NCBI GenBank assembly: GCA_003223065.1
Contig: QHXU01000190.1
Location: 802-34,995 of the forward strand
DNA length: 34,194 bases
Origin: Acidobacteriota bacterium
GTDB taxonomy: Bacteria > Acidobacteriota > Terriglobia > Bryobacterales > Bryobacteraceae
Reading direction: 5' to 3'
Shown: positions 20,414 through 28,610 of the stretch, one piece after another
Numbering within the stretch: the stretch's first letter is position 1
Layout of the letters: each line of letters starts with the position of its first letter
The notes under the pieces: generated by a model
The model's input: the letters and a program-made list of their open reading frames with translations, nothing else
Databases searched by the model: none
What the model was told of the DNA's origin: nothing
Position numbers and translations under genes: made by a program

Positions 20414-21382
20414 TCAGCTATGAAAATCCTTTACCCAGGCGTGCTGGTGGAGAATGGCGAGGACGTCTGCGCCGAGCGGCCCGAGGTCTGAGACCGAGCA
20501 GTTCGCTTCCACATTCCGCACCCGGCGCATCCCCGGAATCACCGTCGAAACCTCCGGGGACGAGAGGCAGAAGCGAAGCGCGATCTCGGGAAGCGATCCT
20601 TTGACTCCGGCCAGATCGCGACGCAAGGCGGCCACATGTTGCACCACTTCCCGCTTCCGGTCGCCCCGGAAGTACCAATCGCGGAAATCGCCCTTCTCGA
20701 ATACCGTGTTTTCGGTGATCGTGCCGGTCAACGCGCCTTCGTCGAGCGGTACCCGCGCCAGCAAGCCGACGTTCGATTCACGCACCAGCGGAAACAGGTT
20801 CGCCTCGGGAGTCTGGTCGAAGATGTTGTAGACAACCTGAATCGAATCCACCAGGCCCGTCCGGACCAGATCCAGCGCGGAATCCGGCTGGCCCGCGTTC
20901 ACTGACACTCCGACTGCTTGCGCCTTGCCGGACTTCTTCAGATCCTCAAACGCGCGCCGCCACTCGTCCCCAGCTGTCCACTCCGAATTCCAAACGTGCA
21001 GTTGCTGCAGGTCGATGGTCTCGAGTTTCAGATTGCGCAGACTCTCCTCGGTGCACTCGATCACGTAATCGTAGGGGAAGACCTTGCTGATGCCGATGCC
21101 GGGCCGCGCGGGCCACAGCCCGTTTTTCGGCGGCACCTTCGTCGCGATGTAGATTCTCCCCGGAGCCGAACGAACGGTCTCGCCCACCAGCTTCTCGCTG
21201 TGGCCGCCGCCATAGGCGAGCGCAGTGTCGATGAAATTCACGCCCAGATCAAAGGCGCGCCGCAGCGCGGCCACCGATTCGCTGTCGGATCCTCCCAGCC
21301 ATTGCTTGCCGCCAATTCCCCACGCGCCGTAGCCGATCTCGCTCACTTGATTCGCCGTGCGCCCGAGTGGACGATATCGCAT
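20414..21382 (-). CDS. Aldo/keto reductase
   Basis: I take the start at the internal ATG 21380-21382 (MRYRPLGRTANQVSEIGYGAWGIGG). DTALAYGGGHSEKLVG motif is present. The N-terminal extension in the ORF track overlaps the divergent gene and looks non-coding. The stop is 1 nt from the nfo start. Confidence 0.85.
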   Translation of the reverse strand: MRYRPLGRTANQVSEIGYGAWGIGGKQWLGGSDSESVAALRRAFDLGVNFIDTALAYGGGHSEKLVGETVRSAPGRIYIATKVPPKNGLWPARPGIGISKVFPYDYVIECTEESLRNLKLETIDLQQLHVWNSEWTAGDEWRRAFEDLKKSGKAQAVGVSVNAGQPDSALDLVRTGLVDSIQVVYNIFDQTPEANLFPLVRESNVGLLARVPLDEGALTGTITENTVFEKGDFRDWYFRGDRKREVVQHVAALRRDLAGVKGSLPEIALRFCLSSPEVSTVIPGMRRVRNVEANCSVSDLGPLGADVLAILHQHAWVKDFHS

Positions 21383-21406
21383 TCCTCCATAATAGAGGCA
21401 GAAGCT

Positions 21407-22201
21407 ATGTTTTCGCGGTTCGGCGCTCTGTTGTGCTTTGCGCTCGCTGCGTTCGGCGCCACGGTGCGCTTGTATCTCAAGGACGGCACCTACCAATGGG
21501 CGCGCGAATACCAGGTGCTTCAGGATCGCGTGAAATATTACAGCACGGAGCGCGGCGAGTGGGAGGAAATCCCGCTCGAAATGGTCGATTTGGACCGCAC
21601 CAGGAAGGAATCCGCGGAACGCGAGGACGCTATCAAAGCCGAAGCGAAAGCGCAATCGGAAGAGGACGCAGCCGAACGCGCGGCGCGAAAGGAAATCGAG
21701 CGGATTCCGGTCGAGCCGGGAGCTTACTTCATCCACGGCGCCACCCTCGAGACGATGAAGCTGGCCGAATCGAAAGTCGTGAATAACAAGAGGCGCAGCG
21801 TACTAAAGGTGATCACACCCGTGCCGATGGTCGCGGGCAAAGCGACCGTCGAGCTCGATGGCGAAGCGGCGGCCATGCGGATCACGCAAGACCGTCCCGA
21901 GTTCTATTTACGTCTCTCGGCCGAGGAGCGCTTCGGCCTCGTGAAGCTAACGCCCAAAAAGAGCGTTCGCGTGGTTGAAAATCTGAGCATCATCCCCGTA
22001 AGCAAGGAGGTCCTCGAGGAGCAGCAGCAGGTAGAGACGTTTAAGAAGCAAGTGGGCGATCTACTGTTCAAAATCTGGCCGGTGAAGGCGCTCGAACCAG
22101 GCGAATACGCGCTGATTCAGTTCACCGAAGGAAAAGTGAACCTGCAGGTGTGGGATTTCGGCGTGGACTCACCCCGAAATCCGGCGGAAAAACGCGAGTG
22201 A
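21407..22201 (+). CDS. Hypothetical secreted protein: signal peptide, small beta-rich domain, charged helical linker, C-terminal domain
   Basis: ATG 21407 gives MFSRFGALLCFALAAFGATV, a signal-like N-terminus. I recognise no family. Confidence 0.6.
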   Translation: MFSRFGALLCFALAAFGATVRLYLKDGTYQWAREYQVLQDRVKYYSTERGEWEEIPLEMVDLDRTRKESAEREDAIKAEAKAQSEEDAAERAARKEIERIPVEPGAYFIHGATLETMKLAESKVVNNKRRSVLKVITPVPMVAGKATVELDGEAAAMRITQDRPEFYLRLSAEERFGLVKLTPKKSVRVVENLSIIPVSKEVLEEQQQVETFKKQVGDLLFKIWPVKALEPGEYALIQFTEGKVNLQVWDFGVDSPRNPAEKRE

Positions 22202-23245
22202 TTTTTCGGCGCAAGCCCCCCACCGGAACTGCTGGGCCCGCTGCCGCCCTGTCTCCACCAGCAGCGCCCGTTCAGATCCCGATTCCAGCAGCCTGGTAAG
22301 GCCGGAGGCGATGTCGCTTGCGCTGCGCGGATCCACCAGTACAGCTGCGTCGCCCGTAATTTCCGGGAGGCTCGAAACATTCGACGTAAGGACCGGCGCG
22401 CCCGCCGCCATCGCCTGCACTACCGGGAACCCGAAGCCTTCATACAGGGATGGATAAACAAAAACGGCAGCGCCAGCGACCAGCCTGGGCAAATCCGCTT
22501 CCGGGACATATCCGAGATAAGTCGCCTCGGCGCAAACCCGTGCCAGCGTCGATTCCGAGCCCCATCCCTTCGGGCCTGCGATGACCAGTTCGAACTCCTG
22601 GCGGAGCCCGGGCTTTAGCTGCCGCCAGGCGTCGAGCAGCGTATCGAGATTCTTGCGCGGCTCGATCGTGCCGACGTAAAGCACGTAGGCGCGCTCCCGC
22701 CGTGCCGGCTGCGCGCCGAAGTACTCTTCCGCCACGCCCGAATAGATCGTGTCGATTTTTTCAGGCGCGATCTTGAGCAGCCGGATCGCGTCTTGGCGCG
22801 TGTTCTCGGAAACGGCGATCAGCCCGTCCGCCCGGCGCAGAATCCGATCGGCCAATGCCCGGTCGGCGCGGACATTCGCGGGCGTGTGGAAGTGCGGCAT
22901 CAACCAGCAGGTCAGGTCATGAACCGTGGACGTCAGCTTTACACCGCGCGGCGCAGTGCGCACCTGGTTCGATGCGTGGAAAATGTCGGATCCGGCGAGA
23001 ATCCAATCGAGCGCCGGATTGCCCGGGATGTTGACAAAGTAGAGCAAAGCCAGGCGAGGCAGCGTGCGCCAGGCCGGAAGCGTGGAGGCTTCGTGATCCA
23101 GCCGGCCAAAATCGTTCAGGTACGGGAATGCCCGGATCTCATCGGCTCCGGCTTGGCGGCGCAGATGCTGCACCCAGTGATAGGTGTAACTCTTGATGCC
23201 GGCGCTGCGCAGCAGAGCGGATGTCGCATCGATGGTGACGCGCAT
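22169..23245 (-). CDS. Glycosyltransferase family 4 (GT-B, group 1)
   Basis: C-terminal E-x7-E-type region YPSLYEGFGFPVVQAMAAGAPVLTS. 358 aa. The start is 3 nt after the upstream GT-C stop. Confidence 0.85.
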   Translation of the reverse strand: MRVTIDATSALLRSAGIKSYTYHWVQHLRRQAGADEIRAFPYLNDFGRLDHEASTLPAWRTLPRLALLYFVNIPGNPALDWILAGSDIFHASNQVRTAPRGVKLTSTVHDLTCWLMPHFHTPANVRADRALADRILRRADGLIAVSENTRQDAIRLLKIAPEKIDTIYSGVAEEYFGAQPARRERAYVLYVGTIEPRKNLDTLLDAWRQLKPGLRQEFELVIAGPKGWGSESTLARVCAEATYLGYVPEADLPRLVAGAAVFVYPSLYEGFGFPVVQAMAAGAPVLTSNVSSLPEITGDAAVLVDPRSASDIASGLTRLLESGSERALLVETGRQRAQQFRWGACAEKSLAFFRRISG

Positions 23246-23248
23246 GGA

Positions 23249-25180
23249 TCACTGCCGGAAACCCGCGAAACGCAGGACGGCGCGAGCATCTTCTGAAACA
23301 ATCGAGCCCGCCACGCTCTGTGTGCCGTGATTCGCAAGAACGTACTTCCCGCCGCTTTCGGCCACCACGTGCAATTCCGATTTCCCGACCAGCTTTTCCA
23401 GCCGCTCCACGCCCGGCTTCTCAACGCAGATATAAAAGAGATCCGGAGAGAGCCAGCGTTCCCGGAATTGGCTGTCATCGAGGAAGACGTCCTGCGGAGC
23501 ATCCGGTGCATACGACCCATACTCCAGATTGTTCACGCGGCCATTGAGCAGCAGCACGCGCCGCCCGTGGTACGCTTCGGCATAAAAGACGACCGAGGAA
23601 AACGTGTAGTATTGATCGTCGAGAATCAGTGTTCCACGCGGTGAACGGTTGAGGGCTTCGGCCAGCGGCCGCGACCCGAGGTACGGGTCGAACACAACCA
23701 TCGCCAGCCTCGCTGCATGAAAGAAGAGGATCATCATCAGAACGACGCCTGCCATCCGTCCGCGCCAGGCCGCGAACGCGCCTATTAGAAATGCCAGGCC
23801 AGCCATTATCAATGGCGCGCGCAGGTATGCGAATGAAGCGAGCGTCAGATCGCCCATGTGGCCGAGCGATAGAGTATACGCCTCGGGATGCTGCGTCAGA
23901 GCGCGCGAAATGTCTCCCGGCGCAGGGAGACTCCAGACTTGCGAAAGAATAACCGCGATCGCCAGCCCGGCAAGCCCGGCCACCAGGGCCAGTGCCGCGC
24001 GCCCGTGGCGGATCCATGCCTGGGCTTTATCGTCCGCGAGGGCGCAGCCAATCAGCAGGGCCAGCGCAGGATAGCAAGGCATCGAATAGTATTCCTGTGT
24101 CGAAGAGAACGTGAAGAACGTCAACAGGAATCCTGCCCAGCACAGGCATAGCAGGCGCATGCGTCCGGCGCGGTCCGCCGGCCTGAATGACAGCTTCGCC
24201 ACGGCCGGGAAGTACACGCTCCAGGGAAACAGCCACAACAAGTGGAACAGCCAGAAATAGAGGCGCGGGACGGTGTTGTAGTCGCGGGGGTAGCGAAGGT
24301 TAAGGAACCTCAGCACGTGCTCGTTGATGAAATAGAACCAGAAAAAGCCACGATACTCGCCCGGACCGCTGTGCAGGGTCAGATTGAAATATGGAGGATT
24401 GCGCAACGTTGCGAGCACGTGCCAAGGCGCGGCGATCGCGAGCGCGATTACCAGGCCCCGGAACGGCCGGAGACGCTTCCAGGCCTGGCGGGACGTGATT
24501 TGCCGGGTGAATGCGAGGTAAAGCAACGCAGCCGCCACGGGAAAAACCGCCGCGATCAGGCCCTTGAGCAGCAAGCCTGTACCGATGGCCGCCGCCATCA
24601 CTGCGCTCCACACTCCCGGCCGCCGTTCGTCGGGGTCGAGCGCGCGCAGGAACGACCACATCGACAGCGCGATGGTAGCGGCGATGGTTACGTCCGGAAT
24701 CTGGATGCGTGTGAACAGGAACAGACCGATGGAAGTGGCCAGGACCAGGCCTGCACAGAGCCCGGCGCGCACCGAAAATGCCCACGTTGCGATGCGGAAG
24801 GTCAACCAGCACAGCACCACCGCGGCCAGCGACACGGGTATCCGTGCCGTCCAGTCATGCACACCGAAAATCTTGAACGAGATCGCGATCAGCCAGTACT
24901 TGAGCGGTGATTTTTCGAGGTAGGCGATGCCGTCCAACCGCGCCGTGACCCAGTCGCCGGAGTCCATCATGTTGCGCGCGATCTGCGCCTGCACCGCGTC
25001 TACATCGTCCATCAGGGAGGGAGGGCTGATCATGCAGCCCAGGAAAATGGCGGCTGCGACCGCCAGGACGATCAGCTCGTAACGAAGGCGGTATCTGGAA
25101 TTTCCCGAAGCCCCTCGGCTGGAGACGGCGGCTCGATGCCCCAGCGTCTCATCCAAAGGAACAGAATGAGAAGGCCCCAT
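23249..25180 (-). CDS. ArnT/PMT-like GT-C fold glycosyltransferase (GT83/GT39-like), polytopic membrane protein
   Basis: Motif run [44 protein letters not shown], followed by many hydrophobic helices. The start is uncertain (ATG 25180 or TTG 25156). Either choice overlaps the asnB-like 3' end. Confidence 0.8.
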   Translation of the reverse strand: MGPSHSVPLDETLGHRAAVSSRGASGNSRYRLRYELIVLAVAAAIFLGCMISPPSLMDDVDAVQAQIARNMMDSGDWVTARLDGIAYLEKSPLKYWLIAISFKIFGVHDWTARIPVSLAAVVLCWLTFRIATWAFSVRAGLCAGLVLATSIGLFLFTRIQIPDVTIAATIALSMWSFLRALDPDERRPGVWSAVMAAAIGTGLLLKGLIAAVFPVAAALLYLAFTRQITSRQAWKRLRPFRGLVIALAIAAPWHVLATLRNPPYFNLTLHSGPGEYRGFFWFYFINEHVLRFLNLRYPRDYNTVPRLYFWLFHLLWLFPWSVYFPAVAKLSFRPADRAGRMRLLCLCWAGFLLTFFTFSSTQEYYSMPCYPALALLIGCALADDKAQAWIRHGRAALALVAGLAGLAIAVILSQVWSLPAPGDISRALTQHPEAYTLSLGHMGDLTLASFAYLRAPLIMAGLAFLIGAFAAWRGRMAGVVLMMILFFHAARLAMVVFDPYLGSRPLAEALNRSPRGTLILDDQYYTFSSVVFYAEAYHGRRVLLLNGRVNNLEYGSYAPDAPQDVFLDDSQFRERWLSPDLFYICVEKPGVERLEKLVGKSELHVVAESGGKYVLANHGTQSVAGSIVSEDARAVLRFAGFRQ

Positions 25181-26994
25181 AGATGATATCCGAGGTTAGC
25201 ACGGCGATCGAGATGGGCGCGCACGGCCCCATTGACGGCCTCCCACGAGAAAACGCCGCTTTCGCGCACGTTGCGTTCGCTCAGGGTTTCGACCAGCAGC
25301 GGCCGCAACACCGTCCGCAGCCAGTGATGCGCAGGCATGTCGAAGCCCTCCTTGCGCCGTGTCAACACGGCCCGCGGCAGCCGGTCCTTCATCAACTCGC
25401 GCAACACGAATTTCAGGCGTCCGCCGCGAATTTTGAAGCGCTCCGGCAGAGTTGCGGCGAACTCTACGAGCCGGTGATCGAGGAACGGCGGACGGACCTC
25501 CAGGGAGTGAGCCATGCTCATGCGATCGCACTTATAGAGAATGTCGTCCGGCAGGTAGTAGAGCTGGTCCAGCCACATGAACTGGTTGAGATAGCCCACG
25601 CCGCGTCCGGGAAACTGAAGCTGCTCCAAAGCGTCCGGCCCGCACCCGTCGAAGCCGGCCCGCAAGCGCCGTTTTTCGCCGTTGGCGAAAGTGCCGTTCC
25701 AAAAAAGGTGTGCCTGCACCGGATCGAGCAGCGAGCCGTTCAGAAACCTCGTGATCTTATAGTCGATTCCGATCTTTTCATCCGTTGCCGGCAGGAAATC
25801 CGCCAGCCGCGCCGCAAGCCTCCGCACCCCATGCGGCAGCCTGCGGAATGCCCGCGCGTAACGGTCGGCGAGATAGGTGTTGTAGCCCCCGAAAAGCTCG
25901 TCGGCGCCATCTCCTGACAGCGCCACCGTCACTTCGCGGCGGCACATCTTCGAAAGGAACCACACCGGGACGGCGCCGGCGTCGGCGCTCGGCTCGTCGG
26001 AGTAGTAACCGAATTCCTCGATCGCGCTCCGCAGATCAACTTCGGGGTTCAGGTCGAACTCGTGGTGGTCCGTCTGGTAAAACCGCGCCACCTCCCGGAA
26101 GTAAGCGCTTTCGTCGAACCGGCGGCCTGCGAACGATACCGAAAAAGTCTTCAGACGGCCCGGCGCCGCTTCGGCGGCGAAGTGCAGAATCGTGCTCGAA
26201 TCCAGGCCGCCGCTCGACCAGACTCCGAGCGGCACATCTGAAACCATGTGCTCGCGTATCGCCACGCGCAGCAGGCGATCCAGTTCGTCTTTGGCCGCTT
26301 CAAGATCGATCCGTGGATCGGGGCGGAACTGAAGTCGCCAGTAAGCCCTGCTGCGCACCTCGCCATCCTGCCATTCGAGCCAGTGGCCCGGAGCGAGTTT
26401 GTCGATGCCCTCCACCAGCGTGTGGGGTCCCGGGACGTAATTGAGCGAAAGATAGTGGTCCAGGCCGGCGCTGCTCATTCGCCGGTCGATTTCAGGATGA
26501 AGCAGAATCGTCTTCAGCTCGGAGCCAAAGTAGAGATCCGTCCCGCGGCGCGCGTAATAGAGCGGCTTGATTCCCAGGCGGTCCCGCACAAGAACCAGCC
26601 GCCGCCGGGACTCCGTCCACAGCCCCACGGCGAACATGCCTCGCATACGCGCGAACGCGTCCAGGTCCCATTCGAGAAACGCGCGCAGTACGGTCTCCGT
26701 GTCACAGCGCGAACGAAAGCGGTGGCCGGCGCGCTCGAGTTCGCATCTCAGCTCGGCATTGTTGTAGATTTCGCCATTGAAGACCAGCACGGTATCGCCG
26801 TCGTCGCTGGTCATCGGCTGGTCGCCGTGCGTGAGATCGATGATTTTGAGACGCACCGCTCCCAATGACACGCTCGGTGACTCCCAGACGCCCTGCTGAT
26901 CAGGGCCACGGTGCGTCAGAGACCGCGTTATGTCCCGGATTCGTGCCGGGTCAGGCGCATTTCTAGAATGTGTGAACCCAACAATCCCGCACAA
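25072..26994 (-). CDS. asnB: Asparagine synthase (glutamine-hydrolysing) family amidotransferase, AsnB-like
   Basis: A TTG start is followed directly by CGIVGF (the Ntn catalytic Cys2). PP-loop is SSGGLDSS. 640 aa. Confidence 0.88.
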   Translation of the reverse strand: MCGIVGFTHSRNAPDPARIRDITRSLTHRGPDQQGVWESPSVSLGAVRLKIIDLTHGDQPMTSDDGDTVLVFNGEIYNNAELRCELERAGHRFRSRCDTETVLRAFLEWDLDAFARMRGMFAVGLWTESRRRLVLVRDRLGIKPLYYARRGTDLYFGSELKTILLHPEIDRRMSSAGLDHYLSLNYVPGPHTLVEGIDKLAPGHWLEWQDGEVRSRAYWRLQFRPDPRIDLEAAKDELDRLLRVAIREHMVSDVPLGVWSSGGLDSSTILHFAAEAAPGRLKTFSVSFAGRRFDESAYFREVARFYQTDHHEFDLNPEVDLRSAIEEFGYYSDEPSADAGAVPVWFLSKMCRREVTVALSGDGADELFGGYNTYLADRYARAFRRLPHGVRRLAARLADFLPATDEKIGIDYKITRFLNGSLLDPVQAHLFWNGTFANGEKRRLRAGFDGCGPDALEQLQFPGRGVGYLNQFMWLDQLYYLPDDILYKCDRMSMAHSLEVRPPFLDHRLVEFAATLPERFKIRGGRLKFVLRELMKDRLPRAVLTRRKEGFDMPAHHWLRTVLRPLLVETLSERNVRESGVFSWEAVNGAVRAHLDRRANLGYHLWGLLILFLWMRRWGIEPPSPAEGLREIPDTAFVTS

Positions 26995-27118
26995 GCTGCT
27001 AAAATCCCCGCCCGTTCCCCCCCGTCAGAGGAAGCTGTCAGCGTTGGCTTTCTTGATCGGTAAAGGATAGCACAAATTTCGGGTGTCGGGGAATCATGCC
27101 CAAACGGGAGGGAAACAC

Positions 27119-27898
27119 TCAGGGCTCAAGCTGCTCCGGGAAAACGACATAACCCGTTGGAGGCGGGAACAGCTCTTCGAGCGCAAGCAACCGCTTTCGC
27201 AAATAACGGCTGGGCAACTGCCTGGGGCCCGTATCGACGTCGATATCGCAACAGATGCCGTGGAGGTAAAGCGTCAGCGTATCAACAAAAGATTGCCGGG
27301 CGTATTCGCGGAATGCTTTACTGCTGCGGCCGCCTCCCCCGCGCGATCCCTTTGTCCGCCGCAACGCCTGTTTCAGGTGCCAGCTGGGCTCGTCCACTTC
27401 GCCGTGAGCGTCGGCATTCAGTTCTTCCCGCAGCACGCGGCAAAACTTGGTTTCCACTTCCTCGCTCCAGTGGTCGCCCATCAACGCCGCCAGCAGGTGG
27501 TAAAAGCGGTAGTGATACTCGGCCACCTCCTGGTCTTTCAAAGCGAAGGCCAGCACCGTCTCGTCGCCCAGCCGCAACTGGGTGGACGTGGAGGTACGGC
27601 CCTCCGGCGGTTTTTCGATCGAGATGTAGTCGGCCGCGGTTTTCGCCTTGTTCTTCTCACGGCCGTTGGCTCGTTCCAGGTAGGGTACCAGCAGAATCGA
27701 AATTTTGGGAAGCGCGGATGTGATCGCGGGAGGAAGCGCGGCCACCGGCTCCTCCAGATACTCTTTCAGGTCCTCCTCGGACATAGGCACTGAGGCGCAA
27801 AAGTAAGAAAACGTGTTGCTGAGCGGTATCATCTCGCTGCGAAATCGCTCGGCAAACTGGCGGACGCTCAGCTTGGAAAGCTCCGATTGGACCGGCAT
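27119..27898 (-). CDS. Hypothetical cytoplasmic protein, 259 aa, no family recognised
   Basis: Long ORF in the same orientation as its neighbours, with clean intergenic gaps on both sides. The opposite-strand ORFs (27083-27793, 27157-27723) look like shadows. Confidence 0.6.
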   Translation of the reverse strand: MPVQSELSKLSVRQFAERFRSEMIPLSNTFSYFCASVPMSEEDLKEYLEEPVAALPPAITSALPKISILLVPYLERANGREKNKAKTAADYISIEKPPEGRTSTSTQLRLGDETVLAFALKDQEVAEYHYRFYHLLAALMGDHWSEEVETKFCRVLREELNADAHGEVDEPSWHLKQALRRTKGSRGGGGRSSKAFREYARQSFVDTLTLYLHGICCDIDVDTGPRQLPSRYLRKRLLALEELFPPPTGYVVFPEQLEP

Positions 27899-27994
27899 CT
27901 AGTGGCTTATATTCATTCTAGCCGATGGCCGGTAGTGAGTGGTCGGTGGTGAGCGGGCTCGACTCTAGCCGCCAAAGCCACGGTTCGGAAGCTG

Positions 27995-28555
27995 TTACGC
28001 GCGCTTGAGCCGCGCAGCCCACTCGACCAGCGATTCAAGGAGTTTACGAATCAGATCCTTCGTTTTCTCGTTTGTCAGATTCCCCTGCGCATCGAAACGC
28101 TGGGCGGCGTTGCCGATCATGACCTCCGGCTGGTTGACCGCGTGCATGTTCAGGAACACGAATACCTGACGCAGGTGATATTGCGCGCGAGCCGTTCCAG
28201 TGGCGCCGGGGCTCGCGCCCATCACTGCAACCGCCTTGCCGTTCCAGGCACTGTCGCCGTACGGCCGGGAGGCCCAGTCGATCGCATTCTTGAGGACTCC
28301 AGGGATGGAATAGTTGTATTCAGGGGTGACCAGAAGAATCGCATCCGCGGCGCGAATGCGAGACTTGAGAAGCACAACCTTCTCCGGGGGGTTGGCCTCG
28401 TGATCCTGATTGAAGCCTGGAATTCCGTCGAGCTCGAATGTCTCGATCTTGACGCCCTCCGGAACAAGCTGCTGGGCGGCATGTAGCGCGGCGCGGTTGT
28501 ACGATTGTTTGCGCAGGCTGCCTGCGATGCCCAGAATCGTGAATGGATGGTCCAT
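27995..28555 (-). CDS. NAD(P)H-dependent FMN reductase (ChrR/YieF-like)
   Basis: ILGIAGSLRKQSYNRAAL and LLVTPEYNYSIPGVLKNAIDWASRP motifs. Confidence 0.85.
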   Translation of the reverse strand: MDHPFTILGIAGSLRKQSYNRAALHAAQQLVPEGVKIETFELDGIPGFNQDHEANPPEKVVLLKSRIRAADAILLVTPEYNYSIPGVLKNAIDWASRPYGDSAWNGKAVAVMGASPGATGTARAQYHLRQVFVFLNMHAVNQPEVMIGNAAQRFDAQGNLTNEKTKDLIRKLLESLVEWAARLKRA

Positions 28556-28610
28556 GGCCGTTTAGATGACGCCTGCAGGCGGCCTCTGTTACGGCAATCT
28601 TTACACGCCG

